Made by a program: the position numbers and the translations under genes. A stretch of 64,000 bases of DNA from the NCBI GenBank assembly GCA_044221725.1, contig JBGAON010000002.1, positions 64,001 to 128,000 on the forward strand, in the 5' to 3' direction. This document shows positions 1-9,420 of this stretch, in pieces; the stretch's first letter is position 1, and each line of letters begins with the position of its first letter. Under the pieces are notes generated by a model. The model saw only the letters and a list, made by a program, of their open reading frames with translations. It was not told the DNA's origin and made no database searches. The stretch comes from Elusimicrobiota bacterium. GTDB taxonomy: Bacteria; Elusimicrobiota; Elusimicrobia; F11.

Positions 1-672
1 AATAAGATGTCTGAAAGTATCGTGGCCGCTTTCAAACGCGCGGATTTCGGAGAGACGATTCGTATCATGGACAAATATTTCGGTGGCTCGACGTATTCGC
101 TAAAGACGTTGTTCCGCGACGAGCAACGCAAAATCGTAAGTTCCATTTTAGAAACGACGCTCGCGGACTCGGAAGCTGTTCTGCGGCAGATTTATGAGAA
201 CAACGCACCGCTTATGCGATTTTTGGCCGACATGGCGGCGCCGTTACCAAAGGCGTTGCAGGCCGCCGCCGAGTTCACCATCAACATGAGTCTCAAGCAC
301 GCGTTGGAGAGCGACGAATTGGACGTCGAAAAGATTTCGGCATTGCTCGTCGAAGCAAAAGAGGCGCGCGTTCCGCTCGATGCCCCCGGCTTGGCCTACG
401 TTTTACAGAACAACCTGCTGCGGCTTGTGGATCAATTGTGGGCCGATCCCGACGATGGAGCGCTTGTTACGCAACTGGACGAGCTCGTTGGGGTGGTGCT
501 GTCTCTCCCGTTTGATGTGAATTTGTGGAGTGTTCAAAACAACTATTACGAATTTTTGCAGCGCATTTTCCCGAACGTTCAGGCGGGCGCAGAGAAAGGG
601 GATGAATCTTACAGCGACTGGTTAAAAGCGTTTCGGTCGCTCGGAGAAAAATTGAAGGTGAAAGTCGTTTAG
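1..672 (+). CDS. C-terminal part of a DUF3536-containing GH57-family glycoside hydrolase (5' end outside window)
   Basis: Frame is open from base 1. The 'IMDKYFGGSTYSLKTLFRDEQRKIV' and 'NLWSVQNNYY' segments resemble the DUF3536 C-terminus. Stop TAG at 670-672. Confidence 0.7.
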   Translation, partial: NKMSESIVAAFKRADFGETIRIMDKYFGGSTYSLKTLFRDEQRKIVSSILETTLADSEAVLRQIYENNAPLMRFLADMAAPLPKALQAAAEFTINMSLKHALESDELDVEKISALLVEAKEARVPLDAPGLAYVLQNNLLRLVDQLWADPDDGALVTQLDELVGVVLSLPFDVNLWSVQNNYYEFLQRIFPNVQAGAEKGDESYSDWLKAFRSLGEKLKVKVV

Positions 673-2396
673 TTCGTGGCTTCGAACAACGTGCCTTGAG
701 TCGCCAGCTTCGTTTTGTCGCGCAAAAGTTTTTCGAACACCACGGGGGGCAACGGTTGGCTAAAAAGGAACCCCTGCATTTGATCGCACTTAAGACCGCG
801 CAAATAATTTAATTGGCCTTCGGTTTCCACGCCTTCTGCCAACACGTTCAAATTCAATCCGTGTCCCAACCCAATGACGGCGTCCGCGATCGCTGCATCG
901 TTCGCATCGGACGTTAAATCTCGCACGAACGACTGGTCCATCTTTAACGTGTTGACCGGCAAACGCTTCAGATAGTTCAGAGACGAATAACCCGTGCCAA
1001 AGTCATCGATTGAAAAGCCGACGCCCATCGCTTTCAGTTCGTGCGGAATGTTCATTGCCTGGCCGTAAAGGTCCATGAGAATGCTTTCGGTGAGTTCAAG
1101 CTCCAGGCATTCCGGTGGGAGTCCGGTCTCTTTCAAAATTCGTCGGACCGTTTCGATGATGTTTGATTGGCGCATTTGCTTGGCGGACACGTTCACGCCC
1201 ACTTTGATAGCCGGGTAACCACGATCCATCCACAGTTTGTTCTGGTGGCACGCCATGCGCATCACCTGTTCGCCGATCGGGATGATGAGGCCCGAGTCCT
1301 CGGCCCAGCGCATGAACGTGGCGGGCGGGATAAGCCCCAGCTCGGGATGATCCCAGCGCACAAGCGCTTCCATTCCAACAATCTGACCGTTGGCGATATT
1401 AATTTGCGGCTGGTAATGCACGACGAACTCGTTTTTTTCAAGCGCGCGGCGCAGCCCATTGTCGAGCGCCAGTTGCTGGTACACCTCGGTTTTCATCGTT
1501 TCATCGAAAATTTGGAAACTGTTTCGCCCATGGCGTTTCGCGCGGTACATAGCGGTGTCGGCGTTTTTAAGAAGTGTTTCGGAGTCTTCTCCGTCGTTTG
1601 GAAAAACGCTGATGCCGATGGATGCGGTCGTGAACAATTCCTTATCACCAAAACGGAACGCCGGCCGCAGCGTTGCTAAAATTTTCTCGGTGAGTGCCAC
1701 GACTTCTGCAATGTTTTTTACGCCGGGCAACAGCAGCATGAACTCATCGCCGCCGAGTCGCGCTACCACGTCGGTTGCGCGCAGGCATTCGCGCAGGCGA
1801 TGTGCGACACCCACGAGCAGCCGATCTCCCATATCGTGGCCCAATGTGTCATTGATCACTTTGACGCGGTCAAGATCGAGAAATAAAACAGCCAACAATT
1901 CTTTGTGGCGCTTCGCCCGCGCAAGGGCGCGCGTTAATTCTTCGCGGAACAACACCCGGTTCGGTAGGTCGGTGAGCGCGTCATAAAACGCCATGTGCCG
2001 AATGGTTTCTTCGGCGCGTTTTATTTTTGTGATGTCCGTGAAGACTCCGATGTAGTGCGTAATTTCGTTATGCTTTCGGACCGCGGTCAACGAAAGCCAC
2101 TCGGTATAGATCTGGCCATTTTTGCGGCGATTGATTATTTCGCCTTGCCAATGGCCGGTTTTGGAAATGGAATTCCACATCTTTGCGTAAAAGGGAGGTT
2201 TGTGTTCTCCGGACCGCAGCAAGCGAGGATTCTTGCCAAGCACTTCGGAAGCGGAATAACCGGTTGTTTTCGTAAACGTCTCGTTAACGCTGACAATATT
2301 GTGATCAGCATCGGTGATGACCACGCCTTCACGCATGTGATCAATCACTTCTTTGGCGGACAAATTCGGCTGCGAGGCTGTTCCGTTTTCGGCCAT
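669..2396 (-). CDS. PAS-GGDEF-EAL diguanylate cyclase/phosphodiesterase
   Basis: N-terminal PAS (GVVITD..VNETF..TGY..EVLGKNP), intact RLGGDEF, EALVRW, ELTES, DDFGTGYSSL and AEGVET motifs. Confidence 0.95.
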   Translation of the reverse strand: MAENGTASQPNLSAKEVIDHMREGVVITDADHNIVSVNETFTKTTGYSASEVLGKNPRLLRSGEHKPPFYAKMWNSISKTGHWQGEIINRRKNGQIYTEWLSLTAVRKHNEITHYIGVFTDITKIKRAEETIRHMAFYDALTDLPNRVLFREELTRALARAKRHKELLAVLFLDLDRVKVINDTLGHDMGDRLLVGVAHRLRECLRATDVVARLGGDEFMLLLPGVKNIAEVVALTEKILATLRPAFRFGDKELFTTASIGISVFPNDGEDSETLLKNADTAMYRAKRHGRNSFQIFDETMKTEVYQQLALDNGLRRALEKNEFVVHYQPQINIANGQIVGMEALVRWDHPELGLIPPATFMRWAEDSGLIIPIGEQVMRMACHQNKLWMDRGYPAIKVGVNVSAKQMRQSNIIETVRRILKETGLPPECLELELTESILMDLYGQAMNIPHELKAMGVGFSIDDFGTGYSSLNYLKRLPVNTLKMDQSFVRDLTSDANDAAIADAVIGLGHGLNLNVLAEGVETEGQLNYLRGLKCDQMQGFLFSQPLPPVVFEKLLRDKTKLATQGTLFEATN

Positions 2397-2478
2397 GGGG
2401 CCGAATTTACCAAATTCCGACGGGAAAGAAAGTGCATGGAACTTTTATGCAAACACAAGAGTTAGAGCCGTTTGAAAC

Positions 2479-2514
2479 ATTTTTGATATAAAGGAATTCC
2501 TTAACCTCAAAAAT
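2479..2514. promoter_or_regulatory. Interrupted palindrome (putative repressor operator) upstream of tolC
   Basis: ATTTTTGA-tata-AAGGAATTCCTT-aacc-TCAAAAAT: symmetric 8+4+12+4+8 dyad ending 7 nt before the tolC ATG. Confidence 0.5.
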
Positions 2515-2521
2515 CCCGAAC

Positions 2522-3817
2522 ATGAAACAGTCACACACAACTCTTCGAATTGCGGCCGTTTTGGCAATTCTTTTTTCTGGCTCGCTTTTGCGCGCCGAAC
2601 CAACGAACCGTTCTCTGACGTTTGAAGACTGTTACCGGCTTGCGGTCAAGCAAAGCGAACGGTTGCTGCAAGCCGAAGAAGACATTAAGCAAGCGCTCGC
2701 ACGCCGCAAACAAGCGCTCGGCGCTGTATTGCCGTATCTTCAATGGGGAACGCAAACAATTTGGCAGGATACCTCGGGTTCGGGCAACGACGGTAGCGGC
2801 GTCGCCAGCACGTTAACGAAAGGCCGCCGTACCGAATCAAAATTTACCGCCGAACAGCCGATCTTTCAGGGATTCAAAGAATTTTCGGCGATGTCCGCTT
2901 ACAAAGCACAATCCCGTCGCAACGAAGCGCTTCTCATGCAACAGTCTGTTAATTTGTATCTGAACGTGGCCGAAGCTTTCTACCGCGTGGTTCAGCTGGA
3001 ACAATTTATTGCGGATACCCGAACATCAATTTCGCTTACCGAAGATCGCGTGAAGGAATTGCGCGGCCGAATCCGCCTCGGCAAGTCGCGCGATAGCGAG
3101 GTGCTTAGTTCGGAGTCTCAACTGAGCATTCTCAGAGCGCAAGAAGCGCGAGCCTTGGGCGATGTGATCGCCGCGCGCGACGTGTTGGGCTTTTTCATCG
3201 GGCAAGACGCGCGCTCGTTAAACTTTGTGGACAACCAATCGTATCCTCCTCCGGTCGAATCCGAACAAAAGGCGCTGCAATTGGGCGTTAACCGGTCCGA
3301 TGTGCGAGCGGCCAAAGAAGACGTAGAGGCCAAAAAATACGGCATTCGTGTTGCGAAAAGCGGTTACTACCCGAAAGCCGGACTTGTTGGGAATTATTAC
3401 ACATGGCGCCCGGGTTTCCAGTCAGAAATTGATTGGGACGTCGCGTTCAATTTGGCGGTACCGCTGTTTCAAGGCGGCGAAGTGAAAGGTTTGGCGGAAG
3501 AAGCGAAATCCATTTACAAGCAATCGGAACTTGAATTGAGCCGCACGATGCGGTTTGCGGAGTCGGAGATCCGCCAAGCGCAAGCAGCGCTCGTCTCTTC
3601 AATTAACGAAACGAACGCGCTGCAAGATTCGTACGAGAAGTCGCGGCGCAGCTACGAAGGACAGCGACAAGACTACCGTTTGGGGGCCGTGAACAACTTG
3701 GATGTGCTCCAGGCCCTGAACGCGATGCAGCAAACGAAAGCCAATTACAATTCGTCCTATCTCCAGACGAAACTCAACTATCTAAAACTCAAGGGCGTAA
3801 CAGAGGATATCCCATGA
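2522..3817 (+). CDS. tolC: TolC-family outer membrane efflux protein
   Basis: Signal peptide, two OEP repeats ('EQPIFQG', 'LAVPLFQGG', 'YRLGAVNNLDVLQA'); overlaps the RND gene start. Confidence 0.9.
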   Translation: MKQSHTTLRIAAVLAILFSGSLLRAEPTNRSLTFEDCYRLAVKQSERLLQAEEDIKQALARRKQALGAVLPYLQWGTQTIWQDTSGSGNDGSGVASTLTKGRRTESKFTAEQPIFQGFKEFSAMSAYKAQSRRNEALLMQQSVNLYLNVAEAFYRVVQLEQFIADTRTSISLTEDRVKELRGRIRLGKSRDSEVLSSESQLSILRAQEARALGDVIAARDVLGFFIGQDARSLNFVDNQSYPPPVESEQKALQLGVNRSDVRAAKEDVEAKKYGIRVAKSGYYPKAGLVGNYYTWRPGFQSEIDWDVAFNLAVPLFQGGEVKGLAEEAKSIYKQSELELSRTMRFAESEIRQAQAALVSSINETNALQDSYEKSRRSYEGQRQDYRLGAVNNLDVLQALNAMQQTKANYNSSYLQTKLNYLKLKGVTEDIP

Positions 3818-6800
3818 AGTTGTCCGATATTTCGATTAAGAACCCCGTTTTTGCATGGATGTTGATGGCCGGACTCATTTTGTTCGGCCTCATCGGCTTT
3901 AAGCAGATGGGGATCAGTCAATTGCCCGACGTCGACTTCCCGTTCGTTACGGTGACGGTCACGTGGGAAGGGGCCTCGCCGGAAGTTATGGAGACGGAGG
4001 TCACTGACGTCATTGAAGACGCCGTGATGCAGGTTCAGGGTGTGAAAGAAGTTTCGTCGGCGTCCCGTCAGGGCTCCGCGCAGGTATCAATTGAGTTTGA
4101 ACTCGGTCGCGACATCGACGCGGCGCTTCAGGAAGTGCAAACGAAAATTTCGCAAGCGCAACAGAACCTCCCAAAGAACATCGATCCGCCAATTTATTTA
4201 AAGACAAACCCTGAAGATCAACCCATTATGTGGGTTGCCCTCTCCGGCAGTCGTCCGCTCACGGACATCATGCGCTACGCAAAAGATCACTTAAAAGATG
4301 ATTTCACGACGGTGCCTGGGGTGGGCGACGTTATCTTCGGCGGTTATGTGGAGCCGAACCTTCGTGTTTGGTTGGACGCCGACAAAATGCAGTCGCGTGA
4401 GCTTACCGTGGACGACGTTATGAACGCGATTCGGGACCAGCACGCGGAAGTTCCGGCCGGTTACATTGATACGGGCAAACAGGAATACAACGTGCGCGTA
4501 ATGGGAGAAGCGAGCAGCGTTCCTGATTTTGAAAAGATCATTATCCCAGGTCGCGCGGGTCAACCGTTGTGGCGACGTTTCACGATCAAAGACATTGCTC
4601 AAATTGAAGATGGTTTAGCCGACATCCGTCGTATTTCGCGCGTCAACGGCGAAGCGGCTATTGGACTGGGCATAAAAAAGCAGCGCGGGTCGAACGCCGT
4701 ATCGGTTGCGCGCGCTGTGCGAACGAAGGTGGCAGAAATCCAAAAGCGGTTGCCCGAGGGAATGAAACTCGGTATCAATTTCGACGCCACGAAATTTATT
4801 GAAGATTCGGTCCACGAACTCAATTTCAACCTTATCTTGGCCGCTGTTTTAACATCGATCGTGTGTTGGTTGTTCTTGGGTTCGTTTAGTTCTGCTTTGA
4901 ACATTATTCTTGCGATTCCGGTCTCGATCCTTGGAACGTTTATTTTCCTGAGTTTTCTTGGCTACACGCTGAACACGTTTACGCTGCTGGGGCTTACGCT
5001 CGTTATCGGAATCGTGGTCGACGACGCCATCATGGTGCTCGAAAATATTGTGCGGCACCGGGAGATGGGGGCGTCGCGTGTCAAAGCCTCCATTACCGGC
5101 GCGCGCGAAATCACATCGGCCGCCATCGCCGCAACGATTGCGATTCTCGCGATCTTTATTCCGGTCGTGTTCATGAAAGGCATCGTGGGTGCTTTCTTCC
5201 TTCAATACGGTGTCACAATTTCCGTCGCGGTGGCACTGTCACTGTTGGAAGCTCTCACGCTCGCCCCGATGCGGACCTCTCAGTTTTTGAGTGTTGGTCA
5301 CAACAACGTCGTGAGCCGCTCGATGGACAAAGTGATGTCCGCTTCGACGAAATGGTACGAACGTGTGTTGACGTGGTGCTTGAATCATCGCTGGATCGTG
5401 GTGGGCTTAGCGACGTTCGTTTTCTTTGCATCCATGTTTCTCGTGAAGTTCATTAAGAAAGAATTTGTGCCGCCGCAGGATCAAAGCAACATGTTCATTC
5501 AGATCAAGACACCGATTGGCACGTCAATCCAGACCACGGATCAAGTGTTCCGGGAAGCGGAAAAATTTGTGTCGTCGCGTGGCGAAGTGGAACGCTATTA
5601 CGCGGCCATCGGCGGATTCGGTGGTGGCGAAGTGAACACCGGAATTATGTTTGTGACTTTAAAGCTTCCAAAGAATCGTCCGCCGGACCCCGAAAGCAAA
5701 AAAGTTTTGAGTCAGCAGCAGCTCATGCCGGTGTTTCGAAACAATCTCAGCAAACTCCCGGGTATCGAAAAAGTATTTATCCAAGATCTTTCGTTGTCGG
5801 GATTTGCGTCGCAACGTGGCTTTCCCGTTGAGTTTACGCTGCTGGGCGCGGACTTCGACAAGATGGGTGAACTCAGCCAAGTGATGATCGACCGCATGGT
5901 GAAATCCGGTTATATGGTGGATGCGGACTCTGACTACTTGTTGGGACAACCGGAAGTGCGTGTGATTCCGGACCGCGACAAGGCCGCCGCGCGCGGGGTG
6001 AACATCGCAACCATTGGCAACACGATCAACGCCATGGTCGGTGGTGTTCGTATCGGAAAATATTCGAAAGAAGGCCGCCGTTACGATATTCGTCTTCGTT
6101 TGATCAACGAAGATCGGAAGACGCCTCAGGATATTTCGAAAATTTGGGTCCGCAACATTCACGGTGAAGTGATTCGGCTTTCCGAGGTGGTGAAATTAAA
6201 CGAGAAGAAAACGTTGCTGTCGATCACGCGCAAGAATCGTGAGCGCGCAATTAACATCTTTTCAAACGTGGTGCCTGGGAAATCGCAGGATGAAGCCCTC
6301 AACAAAGTGCAAGAAATAGCGAAAGACGTTTTGCCCGAAGGTTATCGCATCAAATTTTCAGGTAGCGCTCAGACGTTTAAAGAATCGGGAATTATTCTTA
6401 TTGTGGCGTTGCTGCTCGGGATTATTGTGGCCTACATGGTTCTTGCGAGCCAGTACAACAGCTTCATTCACCCGATTGTCGTGTTGCTCGCGTTGCCGTT
6501 CAGTTTTACCGGTGCTTTTTTAGCGTTATGGATGGGGCGAGCGTCGCTGAATTTGTACAGCATGATTGGATTGTTGCTGCTCATGGGTATCGTGAAAAAG
6601 AATTCCATTTTGCTGGTGGACTTTACGAACGAACGCCGCAAATACGGTCTGAGCGTAAAAGATGCTCTTTTGGAAGCGTGCCCAATTCGTCTTCGTCCGA
6701 TCATCATGACGTCGATATCGACCGTGGTGGCGGCTCTTCCGCCGGCGTTGGCGCTGGGGCCGGGGGCCGAGTCTCGCATCCCCATGGCGCTCGTGATCAT

Positions 6801-6948
6801 CGGTGGTGTTAGCGTGTCGACTTTTCTCACATTGTTCGTCGTTCCGTGTGCGTACAGTTTGATGTCGCGTCTTGAAAATCATAAGCACGACCGCGATCTC
6901 AAAGAGGCGCTGCGCGAGCTTGGCGAAATTTCCTCCGAAGAAAAATGA
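3814..6948 (+). CDS. RND efflux transporter permease (AcrB/AcrD/AcrF family)
   Basis: 1044 aa; 'PDVDFP', 'GASPEVMETEVT', TM4 'GIVVDDAIMVLENI', 'GIVKKNSILLVDF', 'RLRPIIMTS'. Confidence 0.95.
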   Translation: MKLSDISIKNPVFAWMLMAGLILFGLIGFKQMGISQLPDVDFPFVTVTVTWEGASPEVMETEVTDVIEDAVMQVQGVKEVSSASRQGSAQVSIEFELGRDIDAALQEVQTKISQAQQNLPKNIDPPIYLKTNPEDQPIMWVALSGSRPLTDIMRYAKDHLKDDFTTVPGVGDVIFGGYVEPNLRVWLDADKMQSRELTVDDVMNAIRDQHAEVPAGYIDTGKQEYNVRVMGEASSVPDFEKIIIPGRAGQPLWRRFTIKDIAQIEDGLADIRRISRVNGEAAIGLGIKKQRGSNAVSVARAVRTKVAEIQKRLPEGMKLGINFDATKFIEDSVHELNFNLILAAVLTSIVCWLFLGSFSSALNIILAIPVSILGTFIFLSFLGYTLNTFTLLGLTLVIGIVVDDAIMVLENIVRHREMGASRVKASITGAREITSAAIAATIAILAIFIPVVFMKGIVGAFFLQYGVTISVAVALSLLEALTLAPMRTSQFLSVGHNNVVSRSMDKVMSASTKWYERVLTWCLNHRWIVVGLATFVFFASMFLVKFIKKEFVPPQDQSNMFIQIKTPIGTSIQTTDQVFREAEKFVSSRGEVERYYAAIGGFGGGEVNTGIMFVTLKLPKNRPPDPESKKVLSQQQLMPVFRNNLSKLPGIEKVFIQDLSLSGFASQRGFPVEFTLLGADFDKMGELSQVMIDRMVKSGYMVDADSDYLLGQPEVRVIPDRDKAAARGVNIATIGNTINAMVGGVRIGKYSKEGRRYDIRLRLINEDRKTPQDISKIWVRNIHGEVIRLSEVVKLNEKKTLLSITRKNRERAINIFSNVVPGKSQDEALNKVQEIAKDVLPEGYRIKFSGSAQTFKESGIILIVALLLGIIVAYMVLASQYNSFIHPIVVLLALPFSFTGAFLALWMGRASLNLYSMIGLLLLMGIVKKNSILLVDFTNERRKYGLSVKDALLEACPIRLRPIIMTSISTVVAALPPALALGPGAESRIPMALVIIGGVSVSTFLTLFVVPCAYSLMSRLENHKHDRDLKEALRELGEISSEEK

Positions 6949-6975
6949 GGCTGTCCGTCAATTCGTCGCCCTGGA

Positions 6976-7794
6976 ATGTCGTCATCCAGGGCCCACGATG
7001 ACGAATCGCACGTGAAGGTTCTTCAGTTCACCGACACGCATTTGTTCGCGACGCCGGATAAGAAGCTGTGCGGAATGAACACCGACGCGTCGTTGCGCGC
7101 CGTGTTGGACCTTTCGCACGAGCTTAACGAAAGGCCGGATTTCATTTTGGCGACCGGCGATTTGTCGCAGGATGTGACCGAAGCCTCCTACAAACGATTC
7201 CTCGAGTATTTTGATGCGTTGAGGGTTCCGGTTTTTTGTTTGCCAGGCAACCACGATTCCACGGCCCGCATGAACAAAATTCTCGATAGCGACAATGTGC
7301 AAATTGTCCGGCAAATTCTCGCCGACGAATGGCAAGTGTTGCTGCTTGATTCTACGGTGCCCGGAAAAAACGGCGGTCACCTTAGAAAAGAAGAGCTTTG
7401 CTTTCTTGATCAGTGCCTATCCGTCCACGACGATAAGCCAACGCTCGTCTGCCTGCATCATAATTTGTTGCCCACCGAAACGCGGTGGTTGGACACGATG
7501 ACCGTGAACAACGCGTCCGAGTTTTTTGAGGTGCTTGATCGTCACGAAAATGCGGTGGCCGTATTGACCGGGCATATTCACCAAGATCTCGTTGCGAGAC
7601 GAAAGAACATACGGATCATTGGCACGCCGTCCACGTGCATTCAGTTTGCGGCGAAGACGCCGACGTTCACGCTCGATACGCAAACACCAGGTTACCGGCG
7701 GCTCGACCTCGGCTCGCGCGGAACAATCCAAACCGACGTCGTGCGACTCAAGAAATTTGAATTCACTCCGGAATACAGCTCAAAGGGTTACTGA
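6976..7794 (+). CDS. cpdA: 3',5'-cyclic-nucleotide phosphodiesterase (CpdA/Icc, metallophosphoesterase)
   Basis: Motifs DTH, TGDLSQD, PGNHD, LHH, GHIHQ, TPSTCIQF and PGYR. Confidence 0.88.
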   Translation: MSSSRAHDDESHVKVLQFTDTHLFATPDKKLCGMNTDASLRAVLDLSHELNERPDFILATGDLSQDVTEASYKRFLEYFDALRVPVFCLPGNHDSTARMNKILDSDNVQIVRQILADEWQVLLLDSTVPGKNGGHLRKEELCFLDQCLSVHDDKPTLVCLHHNLLPTETRWLDTMTVNNASEFFEVLDRHENAVAVLTGHIHQDLVARRKNIRIIGTPSTCIQFAAKTPTFTLDTQTPGYRRLDLGSRGTIQTDVVRLKKFEFTPEYSSKGY

Positions 7795-7795
7795 T

Positions 7796-8071
7796 GTGAC
7801 GGTCACGAAACATCTGTTGGTAAAAGGTCACGTGCAAGGGGTTGGGTACCGAATGTCCATGCTGTACGCTGCGAACCGATTTGGACTTGTCGGGTGGGTG
7901 CGCAACACGCGCAACGGGGACGTGGAGGCCGTTGTGCAGGGCGAAGAATCCGATGTTGAAGAGTTTATTGATTGGGCGCACCAAGGCCCGGGTCTCGCAC
8001 GCGTTGATAACGTGGACGTGTCGGACGACAATGGCCAGTTTTCGCAATTTGAAATAAAGGACACCGTTTGA
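7796..8071 (+). CDS. acyP: Acylphosphatase
   Basis: 'GHVQGVGYR' and 'GWVRNTRNGDVEAVVQG'. Start moved to the GTG at 7796, just after the cpdA stop (ORF track start 7592 is too long). Confidence 0.92.
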   Translation: MTVTKHLLVKGHVQGVGYRMSMLYAANRFGLVGWVRNTRNGDVEAVVQGEESDVEEFIDWAHQGPGLARVDNVDVSDDNGQFSQFEIKDTV

Positions 8072-8592
8072 AAATTCGCGGGGAATTGCACCTCGGTGAT
8101 TATTCGGGAAAAGTCATTCTCGCAGCAAAGCCCGAAGAAAAGTTGGACCATCTCGCTTTGAAATTGGCAGCGTTTGCGATGTTCTTGCCGCGTGGGCCGG
8201 TTGTGGAACCGTCAACGGATCATCCGGGCTTGATGGGTCTCGATATTCGCCCCGACGTTTGCACCTTCAACGACGCCGGCGAGATAAATGTTTGGATCGA
8301 ATGTGGCGAAGTGTCGTTGAACAAACTCGATAAGCTGGCGCGCCGTTTACCGGAAACAAGGATCATTGTCCTGAAATCCGAACAGCGGCAGGCGACGCAA
8401 CAGCGTCAGCGTCTGAACGATGAAATTAAGCACGGAGCCCGCGTCGAAATTTGGACGTGGCGTGAAAACGAGTTCCAACCCTGGTTGCGCGCAATGGAAG
8501 ATAAAACCGAATTGTTCGGCGAAGCGCACGAAAAATCGTTCAACCTCGTCGTGAACGGAGTGCCGTATGCGGTCGATCTTATCTCGGTCTAG
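8068..8592 (+). CDS. yaeQ: YaeQ-family protein
   Basis: PD-(D/E)xK-like 'RPDVC...WIECGEVSLNKLDKL'; size fits the family; TTG start overlaps the acyP stop. Confidence 0.7.
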   Translation: MKIRGELHLGDYSGKVILAAKPEEKLDHLALKLAAFAMFLPRGPVVEPSTDHPGLMGLDIRPDVCTFNDAGEINVWIECGEVSLNKLDKLARRLPETRIIVLKSEQRQATQQRQRLNDEIKHGARVEIWTWRENEFQPWLRAMEDKTELFGEAHEKSFNLVVNGVPYAVDLISV

Positions 8593-8637
8593 TTTTTCTA
8601 TGATTTCATTTGAGCATGTAAGAATCGGAGGTTCGTT

Positions 8638-9420
8638 ATGAAACGGTTTTTTTTATTGAATTTTTTGTTGGCGCCGGCGATTTGTGGGGCGGCCATTCAC
8701 ACCGAAAAGGTGTCGTACAAACAAGGCAATGCGACGCTGGTGGGATACTTGGCGTACGATGACGCGGTGAAAGACAAGCGGCCCGGCGTTTTGGTGATTC
8801 ACGAATGGTGGGGTTTGAACGACACCACGAAGCAACACACAGAAGAGATTGCGAAGCTCGGTTATGTGGCGTTTGCGCCGGACATTTATGGCGATGGTAA
8901 GACGACCAGCGATCCGGCCGAAGCAGCGAAGATTTCCGGAATCTACAAAAGCGATCGCGGGCTCATGCGGGGGCGCGCGAACGCGGGACTCAAGGTTTTG
9001 AGAAGTCAGCCGCTGGTGGACGGGAAAAAATTGGCCGCCATTGGGTTTTGTTTTGGCGGCACGACCGCGCTTGAGTTGGCGCGCGCTGGAGCCGATACGA
9101 AAGGCACGGTTTGTTTCCATGGCGGGCTCGATACGCCGAACACCGCGGATGCGAAGAATATTCATGGGAAAGTTCTCGTGCTCACCGGCGGCGACGATAA
9201 TTATGTGCCGATCGAACAAATAAAAACCTTTGAAGAAGAAATGCGGAACGCGAAGGTGGACTGGCAAGTGTTCGCGTACGGTGGCGCCGTTCACGGGTTT
9301 ACAAACCCAAGCGCGGGCACCGACAACTCCAAAGGCTACGCCTATAACGCAAAGGTGACGCAGCGCGCGTGGGAAGCCATGACGTCGTTTTTTAATGAAA
9401 TCTTCTCCAGCCCCCGCTAA
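8638..9420 (+). CDS. Dienelactone hydrolase family protein (secreted)
   Basis: Signal peptide, 'HEWWGLN', nucleophile 'GFCFGG', 'FHGGL', 'HGFTNP'; GGAGG RBS. Confidence 0.9.
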   Translation: MKRFFLLNFLLAPAICGAAIHTEKVSYKQGNATLVGYLAYDDAVKDKRPGVLVIHEWWGLNDTTKQHTEEIAKLGYVAFAPDIYGDGKTTSDPAEAAKISGIYKSDRGLMRGRANAGLKVLRSQPLVDGKKLAAIGFCFGGTTALELARAGADTKGTVCFHGGLDTPNTADAKNIHGKVLVLTGGDDNYVPIEQIKTFEEEMRNAKVDWQVFAYGGAVHGFTNPSAGTDNSKGYAYNAKVTQRAWEAMTSFFNEIFSSPR

